A stretch of DNA of 55,702 bases, the filler included, from Sphacelaria rigidula (Eukaryota): the NCBI GenBank assembly GCA_964200075.2. It is 5 parts of 5 records of this genome, joined end to end, with 100 filler letters (N's around TTAATTAATTAA, not from the genome) between each part and the next. Parts side by side here need not be neighbours in the genome. Positions count along the whole stretch, not along the records: positions 11,162 to 22,222 come from CAXNAA020005456.1; positions 22,323 to 33,382 come from CAXNAA020005457.1; 3 more parts are not named here. The stretch is one strand, 5' to 3'. The notes under the pieces are model-generated. The model was not told the DNA's origin, ran no database searches, and saw only the letters and a list, made by a program, of their open reading frames with translations. Position 1 is the first letter of the stretch. Each line of letters starts with the position of its first letter. A program made the position numbers and the translations under genes. Below, piece after piece: positions 11,162-23,914 of this stretch.

Positions 11162-13799
11162 AGATTGTTCGGCCCGAAGCCTACAATATCTTGCATTTGG
11201 ATGACAACCTACGGTGAGTTACTTCATTCTCTGGTATAGCCACTTCCTGAGACAGCCACAGCTTATACGCTGCCTCATGGGTGGCTCAGCAAACACTACG
11301 TGGAACGACCATCCCCATTGTGCGGAGTTGAGGTTTTCCCACGCCGCACAACATGATCTAGCTCGACCACCATCATGGTTACTGCAAAAAGACGCAAGCG
11401 GACGAAAAAAAGCTAACCTGGTGGCCGCGCTTACGCAGTAAGTGAAGTGTTTTACAGCGCCATCGCTAACCGACGCCAACCCCATCGGGGATCCGCCCCT
11501 ACAAAGCCGGGACGAAGCACGCCGGGTTCTCGCCGGACCAGGCTGTTGTCGGGGTGGGGCGGAGTAAACACCTTGTTTATTGTGAGATGTCGACCGTCAC
11601 TGGTCGAAAACTCCAAGTTTTCGGACTCTAGCGCAAAGGACAGGTATAAATAGAACAAAACTCTACTTTATTTGTTCACGACAACGGTTGTGGTTGCTTC
11701 CACTGATTGCTTCCATCGAGCAAGAATACCGGAGGTTCACAAGCTACAAGTTCGTAGTCGCAGTGTCCCCCAATATCACGTCAGGCCCTCAGTTTTTCAA
11801 TATTGAGTGTAGAGATCGTGTTTCAGAATATGGAGTGGATGCATAGTATCTTCCAAACCCCAAACTTGAGGATCGAACATTCTCGGGGGTGAGCGGTGTC
11901 ATGCCTGAAAGCTCATGTAAAACGCCACCTGCGAAAATATCACGAGCGTACTACAGTGTTTACCCTGTGGCGAAGATCGCTGGACATCGGGTGTTTCTGT
12001 ACATTTGTTTTCCCAGCGCCACCACCTTTTCATAATGTTTTCGCGGTGGTGCATGCATGGCGCGAGAACAATACTGTTGTGTTCCCTTTTTCCAGAAAAT
12101 AACAATCCAACCCCAAACTCAAAACTCAAACATTCCTGAACGTTATTTGTTCCGGCGCGCAGTTATAAACAATATATAATGCAATATTTCGGAATGGGGG
12201 TTGGAGTTGGGTCGGGGTGGGATGGTTTGGAGCACTATTTTTTGGGACAGGGGAACACAAAATGATATAGATAACCTCGGTTACAAATCATATTCGTAGC
12301 GACGTACACATCATACACTTGATAACGCCACACAAGAGTAACTACCTGTCATGCCGTCTTTTCTTTCTCACGGTAGGTGTGTCGACGAACTGTAGGCTGC
12401 GCGGAGGAAAGGTCTCCGATAAGGTGTCTGTACGACAGGCTTCCGGGACAGGCCCGGCCGCAACAGCGAGCAAGGTGGCCACGCAGGGTGCGACCGACGA
12501 GGCCGCACCATCATCTAACGAGTCGGATGAAGACGGTAAACTTGCCTGTGGCCGTGACGACGCAGGGTCGTCTCCCGCCGACGCCGACAGTGCGTATTCT
12601 AACCTGACGCCGGCGACGGAGATAACTCTGAAAACAACGAAGGAGAGACGACGCGTAAACTCCGGCGATGGTTGTTGGCGCAGCATATTCACCGACCGTG
12701 CTGACCAGGGGGCGAGGATACGCGGGCACGCCCTCCCGGTTTCGGTAGCCGCGGTGCCATAGCCATCTAGGGAGAGAGCAAAACGCCTCCATTCTACAAC
12801 GTCATCATCCGCGACAGTAGAGTGGCAACGTCACGACGCCACACTATATTTTCAAAATGGCGAGGAAAGACTTTTGCTAGTGTCGACTTTGTTTCATGGG
12901 CGAAATCTAGGGACCTACGATTGAGGGAGGGGCAGCACGTTTTGCGCCCCGAGTATGCTGCCGTTGTGAAATGTTATGAGTTCGAGTGATCATGAGCCTC
13001 TTGCGCCGCGGAGCTTCATGGAATCGTTGGCGGTACCATGGTTCACACAATGACTCTCAAACTGTAATCGTACATTGTGATGAGTGGGGCGTTCTCGTAG
13101 TATGGCGCGATCACTGTCTTGTGTTTGACCTGGCTGGACGGTTTTGTACGTGTGAGCAGACGAACGTTACGAGAGTGACTACAGGAGAAAAAGCCCGCGG
13201 TATCTATTTTATTTTATTTTATTTTATTTTGTTTTATTTTATTCGGGGGGGGGGGGGGGGGGGGGGGGGAGAAAAGAAAAAAACCGGGGAAGGAAAAATT
13301 TTTTTTCCCCAAGGTNNNNNNNNNNTGTTTTTTTTTTTTTTTTTTTTGTTTGGGTGGGGTGGGGGGGGGGGGGTGGGGGGGTATGGTAGAACAGACAAAT
13401 CACGGCGAATGATACATCTTGTCTCACGTAGTTGATATGTATATATGTGATTCCGAAGATGATTTGATATAAATATATGAGCGTACACAGCTACGGCTCA
13501 ACCATATTGCATGGAGCGGCACGTCTCAGCAGTGGTTGCCATATTCGGGTCTTGCCTTGCTCATGGTGCGCCGAACGGGACCGTGCACTTCCTAGCGTTG
13601 TACATGGCATCCGTGGTTGTTACGGAGGACAAGACTCGACCTTGCACGCGGCCCGACTTCAGGATATCCTCGACACGGGCCATCCTCAATCAGGCTTCCT
13701 GTATATGTTTCACCCGGCACAACGTTCGACGCTGTCCACGGTCCGCTGTCTCGGACACCTTGGTAGATGACATGGTCTATCGGGGTCTTGTGAAAAACG

Positions 13800-14285
13800 C
13801 AAACTTGGCAGGGTACTCTTCCTCATACCCGAGAGAGGTTCATCCTTGCACAGGTTTTAACAAAATCTGTCTCCTTGCACAAGGTCTCATGCTGTGTAGG
13901 GTCCGCCTCTTTGGATACCCTAGTAGGTGGTGGTAACTTTCAAGGTCGTCTCAAGAATGAACCTTGACAGGCATCGCCCCCTACACCCTGTGCAGGGTCC
14001 ATCGTTGTACAGAGTTAAAAAAATCTGACCCCTTGCACAAGGTCTCATACTGTGCAGGGTCCGCCTCTTTGTATACCCTGGTAGGTGGTAGCACCTGTCA
14101 GAGTCGTCTAAAAAATCAACCTTGACAGGCATTGCCCCCCACACCCTGTGCAGGGTCCACCATTGTACAGGGTTAATATAACCTGACTCCTTGCACAAGG
14201 TCTAATACTGTGCGGGGTCCGCACATTTGGATACCCTGGTAGATGGTAGCACCTGTCAGGGTCATCTCGAAAATCAACCTTGACT
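13800..14285. repeat. 158-bp tandem repeat, ~3 copies
   Basis: CCTTGCACAAGG recurs at 13873, 14031 and 14189. Confidence 0.9.
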
Positions 14286-14880
14286 GTAGTTTACAGTAGT
14301 TGAACTTACATTTTGGACTCGTGATGACTTCGACGAGAGATGTTGCGTTATACGGACATGTTGCCTTGTGTACACGACCACTTGTGTTCTAAACTGTATG
14401 GATTGACAGTCAGAACTTCAACTGAACGTGATGTACAGTACAGGAGGGCAAGATCATTTTGGCTGGTGATATGAGATGCGGTTGTTTTTGTGTTCTCAGA
14501 CATTGAGCGCTAACCAAGCACGTTGAGCACGCCGATTGCAAGCAGAAACGGAATTGCGAAGTGTTACTATAGGTAATTCCACGTAGAATTCTCTCATATT
14601 CAACTGTCTTCTGTGGACTGTACTTCAGGCTGATTACTGCTTGTATACGATACTGCACTGCGGTCTGTTATGTACTGCAATAATGGTACGTTTTTTATAC
14701 TGCGGGCAAATGCGGACCAATGCCATGACTTTGTGTTCTTCGTTTCTACAAATGCTTCCCCGGCTTATCAGCAATTGTTGATTTATATTATCGTATAGCT
14801 TGACGAGCTTGGTGATTTACATCGGGTGCAGTTGACTTGATTTAGATCTGGTGAGCCAACAAAATATAGTACGACTGCGT

Positions 14881-15120
14881 GTTGTGAGTTGTCGTCCCAT
14901 CCATTCTGGATGCCAGTCTACACCTTTCGGTATATGTGGGCGCACCAGCCGGAGTCAGACAGGAGGACGATCAACACAGAATTTGTTTTTGTTCCTTTTG
15001 TTCGTTTTTAGCACTACACCTTCTGCGATGCTAGCTTATATTTTATTATCGCGAAGGAATTTGAGCGCAGTCCCTTCCCCTCGTCGACCGTTGGGGCGGA
15101 TTTTGTTGTACCCACGACAT
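14881..15120 (-). mobile_element. SINE family A, body fragment without head
   Basis: CCATTCTGGA..CACCTTTCGGTATATGTGGGCG.A.CAGCCGG.GTCA.ACAGGAGGA is shared with 32208-32677 and, inverted, with 50850-51085. Confidence 0.8.
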
Positions 15121-17138
15121 GATACTGTAAATTGCTTTTGACAAAAATATTTTTTTTGTTGCATTGCGAGAAAAAACGCATGAATTCATAGTGGAGGAAC
15201 TTCATATTTGATATGACGCATGTACGATATTTTCGAATATTTTTCGATTTTTATTATTCAAATACAACAGACGACCTATTTCTGCGACTATTTTCCCACC
15301 GCACGCGTGCCCTGCCCCCGGTGCTACGAGCCAATTTTTATGGCGAGGCAACTGCTTTCGAACCCAGGCGGATGTGCACAACAATGACGAAGCCCGAACG
15401 GCGACACCGCAAGAACCAAACCGAAACAGCGGCCGCGGCTTGGGCGACGACAACGCAACCGCTTGGGGGTCTAAGCACAAGCCAGGGCGCAGGGACCAAA
15501 CACGCTTTGGCTTTTAGGTTTTTATTTTATTTTATTTCTTTGGGAGTTCGGATTTGATTCGGAATATTGTCGTCTTGAAGTTTGCAGCAACGTGATATGC
15601 CGACCATGTGAAACGTCCTGTGGTTCCATTTTTTGTTTGTTTTAGTTTTTATTCCCACGAAGTACTACCGTAGGTCGGTTATGATTTTTTAACTTGATCC
15701 TTCACATGATTGCAATGATTTTGGAATTATCCAGAATGAAAAAAATGGGGGGGGATTTGACTATTTGCTTCCATGATACTCTTTTCGGGTAATTAAAAAC
15801 GAAGAAAACTCATGTGATGGGGTTATCCACAGTGGATTATTTTGGGAGAAAAATCATGCGGTGGGGTGATCCACGGCGGAGTATTTTGGACAATTTGATC
15901 CGTCGGTCATGGATTTCGAGAGGGAGTTTGATATAATGCGATCCGCGCTAAAACGGTTTTGACAAATTGATTCGCCTGCTCTGGAATTTGGGTTGGACAT
16001 TTTCAATTGGGGAAAGAACATGGCGTGGATTCATCCTCGGGTATACTTTCGAGAGTGGAACGGTTTTTCGTCTTGGGTGTCACTAAACAATTGACTATAC
16101 ACCCGCCGTTCAACATGCGGGAATGACTATGCACCAGGATACTCACGAGAACTGACTCTGGGGTCATCGATGTTATGTTTTCATGTGGACCCTGAAAGCA
16201 ATACTCCCTGCAAATCAATATGTAATATTGAATGGGGGTGTACTCATAATCATGCATGCCATATATTGAATGGGGGGGGGGGGGGCGTTTTAATACGGAG
16301 CAATTTATGTCATGCTCTCTCCAGGATGTGGTGTTTATTCAAGGAGTAATATCCGCCCTGATATATTTGGGGTGATAGTACTGTTTATGCAGCGTAACTC
16401 CTAATTTGACTTCTTTGCATGCACTTGGACTTTGGTGTACAGGGATGGGTTGTTTTGTGAAAGAGAAAATATTCTAAGAGTGGGACGATGAGTTTGACGA
16501 TTTTGGGAATTTATCGGGCCGGATAACGAGCGAAATTTGCATCAAAGATCAGTAATTCGAAATGAAGCGGGCTGATCAACCGCTAACTTTGGTTACAATA
16601 TTTTGTGCTTACAGAGCTTGGTTTTATGTTCCGATTTTCTCCCGGATAGGATATACGCAGTACAAATCGTTGTGAAATGAACGAGTGTACTGGTACATAA
16701 ATTTTCTCTGGATATTCTAGGGTCTATGTAGTGAACGAGGTTTGAAAGAGATGTTTTTCGTGTTCTGACATGAAGGGATCCAAGCTTGCAGGTGTTCACT
16801 GATGTAGGTTATGTCAACTATTCTAGGCAGTTGATAGATGGTCGACATCAGGGAGGCTAATTATATTTTGAAAGTGACTCTGTCTTGTTTTTCTAGGATA
16901 CAGAGTGGTACAAACAGAAGCAGGTCTTGTGTTTTTATGTTGGGACAAATGGGAAATCTATATATTTTTGTATTCGAACATACCTCTAGTTTTAGCGATT
17001 GAAATTGATTTGATTCAATTTGAATTTGAGTTTTGTTTTCGAACTCGAGGGGAAGTGGTACACACACCACTTCTGCAAGTTTTCATTTTGCAGTGTTTAT
17101 TTTGCATGCTATTACGAAGATTCATGTAATTGTTCAGC

Positions 17139-17295
17139 GGAATGATGTCACGGTCACTGGACATGTTGACCGTAGACACTTGCCTGATGCAGACCGTGTT
17201 GTAGAGGAGTCATGTTATTGTTCAGTGGAATGATTTCACGGTTACTGGAGATGTTGACTGTAGACACTTGCCTGATGTAGACCGTGTTGTAGATG
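17139..17295. repeat. ~88-bp tandem duplication
   Basis: GGAATGAT.TCACGGT.ACTGGA.ATGTTGAC.GTAGACACTTGCCTGATG.AGACCGTGTTGTAGA occurs twice. Confidence 0.85.
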
Positions 17296-20200
17296 GTATG
17301 TTGAATCGAATTTCACATAGACAACAGCATCTTTTTAGCATGAGAATAGTACGTTTTTGATAGAATCGAGTATTGGAAGGTTGAGTGTGTTTCTCGAATG
17401 CCATCATGGTAACTGAGGAGTATGAAAAGGGTGTCCACTGTGCATTTATGTATGATTTTTGGTTGTTTCAAGGAAGATTGATACACATGTATCTTTTTGT
17501 TTGGTGCTGCCTGACGCAAATAATTGTTGAAGTCGAGCAGGAGTAGGATACAAATAAGTGATGATATTCAGGATTTGAGCTTTCGATTGCTAAAGTAGAC
17601 GAATTTGCGACGTCTGTGCGTGGCTGAAAAGGTTTTTTCCTGGAGGGATCGGGTTTTCTTTTTCAGTTCTTGGTAATGTAGTGATAGATTCATGTTTGAA
17701 AGAACATCAAATATTTTTTTCCGTTTTAGAATGAGGCACTATGTATTCAGGATAAACTATCAGTCCTAGAGCCGTAAGCAGGGAGGCTAATCGATTTACT
17801 TACGCTCCAGGATTGTAACTGTACATCTGCCAGGATACAAGGGAAATGGATATTAAGATTGGATCATGACATACAGTGGAAGTACGAAGAAGAGGCTGGT
17901 TCTGTCATTTGAGGTATACCCGATGTAGTGCTTGCAGTACATATTCACTGGGGGCACATGCTCTTTCGCGTGGCGAAAAGAGGGGATTGTGACGTGTAAT
18001 TTTGTATGGACAATTTCCCACCCCACTTTGTTCAGTGTGCGGCGTGCGAGCGGAGTGCATACATGGGGTTTTCAAATTTCACGTGGAGAGTATAATATAC
18101 ACTTTTCTACTGGGTAATTAATACATTAACGGAGGTCCCACGGCCCCTTTCAAACATGGGCCATTGCGCCGAGCACGTGATTCAGCCTTTAGAGTGGGAG
18201 TGTGAGGAGGGGGGCTTGACCTCCATCGGGCGTCGAACCACGCGTCGGAAAGCATGTTGAATGAACGATACCTAGACATGAGAATAATATATATGGACAC
18301 CGACTACGATAGTCTTGGACGCCGCAGCCCTCGCTCGCATTCCTTTCAAATGATATATGTGTAGGTTCAATATCCCGACAAGAATATAATACCGGGTGGC
18401 TCAACAGCCTGTATGTCCTCTTGTCCTATCGGTCCCCATGTTCACATACAAGAGTTATGCTATACCTTTTTCAGTCATTAAGTTCGTCTCGTGGTTGGTT
18501 TTGCGAATCAGCATATGGGCAGTAGATTCGTCAATGACCACACGATTCAAATGATATGCAATTGGTGTATGTGGGTTCGACACAGACTTTCTGTCTGTCT
18601 TACTCACGTTACTGGATGGAGATATACATAAATTGGAGTAGCCCAGTGGTGAAGTCGACGTAAGTGCCCTGTTATATGATTTTTCTGTTCGAAGTCTTCA
18701 ACAGATCTAAGACGGGGAAATGGAAAACGCCAAAGTGATAGCCGTGCCACTACTCCTCCTCTACCTCGAACTCATCTCCCTATCTTCCCTTCCCTTCTTA
18801 TGGCCTTATCGTGGTCGGTTACGAAAACCCGCCGTAAAAGAAGGATTATGGCCGTTGAACTGAGTGGGTCCGCTGATACACGGTCGGGTGTGTCTATGGT
18901 GGCCAATGTCGGCTATCTGTACCACCTCAGAAGCTGCATTGATTAAATATGTTGCAGGGCCCTTGACGTGAGTGTGTGAAACGTGCGGCAATAATATTGT
19001 TCCCATCGTCTGTCGTCGGTTCAGCAAACCGGCCATCCTCAGTCAGTCTGTGTGCCAAACTTCGCCATGTCTCCGGTGATTTTACGAAGTGTAACCTTTG
19101 TGCAGGGTATGATCAGTCGTGGTATGAAGATATAACTCGAGTTGTGGCTCCTGCGGTACAACGTATTGGCACATGCGATATGCGCTTGTTCCGGAGTTCA
19201 TATGTCGGTTCGCGAACCCGGCCCCTTGTTGAGGAGATGGGTATATTTTGTTCTCCAGTCGTATGTCTGTATAATTTTGGTTCCGGCGCCTTTCCAATCT
19301 AAAGTGCCATTGTTTACGTGAACGCACCGTTGTGCGTTGTTCGTTGAGTCGACGTTTACTCCGTCATCACCCCATTACACGTCCAGGTCTAGCTGCGTAG
19401 TCTTTGACACCCACTGGTTGCGTTTCCGAATGTGTACTCGTATCCAACAGGTATTACGAAACGATCGGAAACAATTGCTTATTGCGAATATCAGAATGAT
19501 AACCGGTATTTAGATGAGGTTTGTCCACCACTTGAGAGGATGAAGAAAGTTATGTGAGGAAAACTAGGGTTTGAGGCAGGTGGGGATGGCCCTACGTGAA
19601 AGATCGGAGCGTAGCGGGATCTGCGGTTTGTGGAACGGGTACGATTATGAATAATCTAGGCTAATGTGAGGGGGATTATGGAAGGGTCGATGTAACAAAT
19701 AGGTCACAGAGGTTGAGATTTAGCTTGGGGTAACGGGGCAACACACGTAGACAGATAGCACCCTGTGGGGCGCATTGTGCAGGGTCAGTACAGGGTTCTC
19801 CACAGTCTTTGTGAAAAAAACCCTGACAATGAAATGCAAAATCTGTACCCATCGCAGCGTTTTGATCGGGTTTTCCCCAGGGTTGGATTTGCAGCCTTGT
19901 GTAGGCACGTCGGCAAAGCCCTGCACAGTCATGTGGGGGTGTTTTGGTGAAAAACACTCAATTTGTTTTTTCGAAAATTGCAAATATTTTGGTACAAAAT
20001 CTGTAAATTTATATATCTTCAATACCTTTTCCTCCTGTCCGAGGTAAATTCCTCTTCACCCGATCTGAGTCGAGCGAAAAGGAAATTATTTTGGACAGCA
20101 GGCCAAGCTAGATCCAAAACAGATCCTTTTCTCGCCCGATTAATTTCGGCAAAGAAAATAATTTATTTAGAACAGCAGAAGAAGCTCTTCAAGATCGATC

Positions 20201-21819
20201 CTTTTTTCGCCCATTTTTGAGATGAGCGAAAAAGGATCTATTTCGAACAGCTCCTTTTGCTGCGCAAATCCCATGCACACTGGCAGATTCGGAATTTGAC
20301 CGGCAGAAGAAGCTCGAAATAAATATTTACTTTTCCCTCGAACTCGTCCAGAGACTGGGGAAAAAAAAATTTATGGCGAGCAGCGTCAGCTGCTGGGCAA
20401 ATCCTCATACTGCATCGTCACCGGCGCATGGGATCCGACACGCAGAAAAAGTTGCTGAAAGGTATTCATCCATTTGCCCCCCAGTACATGTGTACATGGG
20501 CTAAAGGATGAAAACCTCTCAGCCGCTTTCGCTGAATAGAGATCCCACACGTCGAATACGCGTGTATGTCCACACCTGTGCTTCGTGTGAAGCCCCTGGG
20601 AAGGTGGGAAGATGCTAGATGATCGAGTATACCTCGTCAATCTATTTACATTTGAAAAAAAAAAAACGTCTTCCGTCGTCTACTAAGACGAACCATGTTT
20701 AGAATATATCACATAATCAATGATATGAATAGTATATATGTGGACCATCACTCCGTATATTTATATCACCGCACACAAATCGAACATCAGCAAAAGCACC
20801 CGCCGGCACAACGGTGTTATTATTCCGCCCAGCTATACCACCAAAACCCCGCAGCAAAGAGCACGGGTTGGGCCCAGGGATTTAGACACATAAACACTGC
20901 CGTGCGGCGGGTGGATATGATGTATTATTTCTCGTTGGTGGAAACTTGAGCACCTACTTCTTTCATGGTCGCGACATTGCGCGGCGACGACATACGCGGG
21001 GTGCGTATCAGCAGGCACGGGTGCGAAGAACAATAATCAACCGGCTACCTATGGTATGCATATACACACTCACCATCATATATATGCATGCTGCGGATCG
21101 CGGAGGCACCGCGATATAACATACTGTAGTGCAGCATGCAGGCCGCGCGTACGATATGCTGCACGTTGTTCAAGTCCTTTTCACGTCGCACTATAGGTAG
21201 AGAACATACATATACACATTGTCCTGCGCTGTCTGTACTGTATACTTTTCCCCTTCCCTTTCACGCCCTACTTACTGTGCTGCAGCCGCTGTGCGCGCAA
21301 ATGTATGATGTGGAACGGGCGGGAAAAACTGGAGTTCGTGACGGTATATAACACCCGCCCCATATATCAAAATAAGCTGCAGGCATCTATACATTGTATT
21401 TATAGCCAGCCATCTGCAGTACATGGCGCCGCAGGTATAAGCACGGCGGTATAGCGCACTGTCCCGCATGCAATATTATTGTACAGTCCAGTATAGTTTA
21501 TTGTTGTGAATATATATCCCGATTACGCAGTATGCTATAAGATCGATGTTTCATTATCCCCTGTATATTGTGTTACTTTCGTCGACGCGGGACTACGGGG
21601 TTTTCATCAGGTCTATGCATCTATGAGCGAGGTCAATTGCGATTTGTTATCATGACATCAGCTGCAACAAAAGCTTGCGTGCAGTAAATAGGACTTGAAC
21701 AGCTGAAGCTGCTCGCGAGCAAGTTCTTTCTCCACCCAATTTCAGGTGTTCTTGGTGGTGTACAAATTCCATCTGCGATATACAGTGTATATGGGATTGT
21801 CTGTACAGCTGAAGCTCTT

Positions 21820-21926
21820 CGAAATGAATCCTTTCTCAACGATATTCCAAGTTTGGAATTAGGATTTATTTCGAATGAATCCTTTCTCAACTATATTCCA
21901 AGTTTGGAATTAGGATTCATTTCGAA
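21820..21926. repeat. ~50-bp tandem duplication
   Basis: AATGAATCCTTTCTCAAC.ATATTCCAAGTTTGGAATTAGGATT.ATTTCGAA occurs twice. Confidence 0.9.
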
Positions 21927-22222
21927 CAGCAGCGGCTGTCCAAATTTCAGATTTCCATTACACTTGTGCCTCTAAAAGCAATTCGAGGGATTTCAGTGTT
22001 ATTGACACGGACCTTCGAGGGCTCCAAAATTCAGAAGTACAAAAAACTTGACCAGTCCTTAACGACTACCACGCGTCGCTCCGTGTGTAAGACAGAGATT
22101 GAACAACGGCAAAGGTCCGGGATCTATTACCCGTCCAACCTAATCAGTTCTTTTTTCCGCCAATACCTTGCGCCCGCAGCTGCATGTGAAGAGTAGTGTT
22201 TGTTCGCAAACACACTGCATAG

Positions 22223-22322
22223 NNNNNNNNNNNNNNNNNNNNNNNNNNNNNNNNNNNNNNNNNNNNTTAATTAATTAANNNNNNNNNNNNNNNNNNNNNN
22301 NNNNNNNNNNNNNNNNNNNNNN
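22223..22322. other. Artificial contig linker
   Basis: Same 44N-TTAATTAATTAA-44N spacer. Confidence 0.98.
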
Positions 22323-23504
22323 GTAGGATCCACATGCCATGCTGCATCCGACGGCTGCCGAAAATTATTTGGGCGACGTGCAGTGCAGACAGTAGGTGGG
22401 TTGTACTGCCGCATCCAACAGTACAGTAGGAGGGAAACGTTAGTTTGCCAGGTGTACAACGGCTGTACTAATGATGATGGCAACGTGCAGTACAGACGCA
22501 ACTAAGCAGTACAATACGGCCTGTTCTGCCTGCCGCATACGGCAGTACACATGCGCACATGTAAGGTTGCAGACGGTAATACACAACGGCTGCACTAGAA
22601 TTGATGTGGAGGAGTGCAGTACAGACAATACTAGACAGTACAGTACTTTTTCTGTACTACCGCGTACGTGATATGGCAGTATAGATTGAAGATGGCAGGT
22701 TGCACACAATGCGAGCTGGGCTAGCAGCGATCGGGGGAAGTCTACGTTTCACGTCTTTTTACACAAACACAGGGAGCTTGGCATGGCAAAGTCTTCAGGT
22801 CTTTGTACCTCGCCTCGGCCTGCACATCCCTTCGGTTTCCGCTGACCGTTCTTTTGGTATCCCCCCACCCTGTTGGTACCCACCCCCCTCAAAAATATAT
22901 CTGCAACCGTAAGCCAGGGTCAACATCTCTCAAAGTATTTTCCTAGCGGTATTTTTTCCTCACAATATGTTGCGAAATACGAGGGGAAATAACCAACCGG
23001 AAGAAACGGCCCAACAAGTCGTGGTTTCAATTATCGTCATTCATGTTGAAATCACGACCTATAACCTCATACCCGAAAGTAGTATCTTGATCGGAGCGAC
23101 CGCACGAGGGTGTGATCGCTCCGATCCCTGTTCGGAAACCAAATTCAGCCATCCCTAACTTGCATTTATCACACCCCTGTGCTATGACTCCGACCTGTGT
23201 GATAAAAGCCACCCCCTGCGTCCACCCGCACTTCTACGTTACTTGATAAATAACCATCGATCTAAGGTAGTTTATGTGACCATGCTCTCATGACTACGGT
23301 ATTAATCAAGTCAGTATTCAACAATCAATCAACCCTCGAATAGTGATTGATGTACAACGAACACCGCCTACAACCCCCCCTCACTTTCCATATAGAAATA
23401 TAGGTGCATTTTGTCACTCATCTCAACACTAGTTTGCGTTCACTTTCTCGTGTAATTTAAGACGTGACTACTGTACAGATGTGTGGGGGATCCATGGTGA
23501 CGTT

Positions 23505-23790
23505 CAGGGGCAGGTCGGGCAGGGTATGTACTTCTATGAGTACCCTGAAAAAGTACTCGAGAATTTACTCCAAGCAAGGTTTTGGGTAGATTGGGTACGA
23601 CTCAATACTGGGCCCAAGTTTTGGGTAGAGTTGGGTATAATGTCAGCACCCTTCCCAAAAATCGGTTAAGTATTCTCAGCTATACCCGGGTGTAGCGTAT
23701 CATCAGGCTACTCAAATTATAGGTGAGTAATCTCAGCAAAATACGCGGGTATAGAACATCACTTCAGTATGATCTTGGTAACCCTAACCA
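23505..23790. mobile_element. MITE family C copy (CAGGGGCAGGTCGGG terminus)
   Basis: Same terminus as 26231; internal TTTTGGGTAGA.TGGGTA motifs shared with the 49185-49790 array. Confidence 0.6.
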
Positions 23791-23914
23791 TTTGTGACTT
23801 CGTCACGTCACCTCTTAGACTACCTACATTGTGAGGGAGAGTAAGGCCCACCACTAACAGAACAAGCGCGTAGTTGCATCGCCCAGCAAAAGGAAGTTCC
23901 GACTTGTGGTCGGA

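Noticed and set aside
15900..16000. RGSHYIKLPLEI on the minus strand, reminiscent of the GSSYIxLP motif of Polinton-type DNA polymerases
   Set aside because: The expected following N..N.D..CF motif is absent and no PolB catalytic motifs were found; too weak to call.
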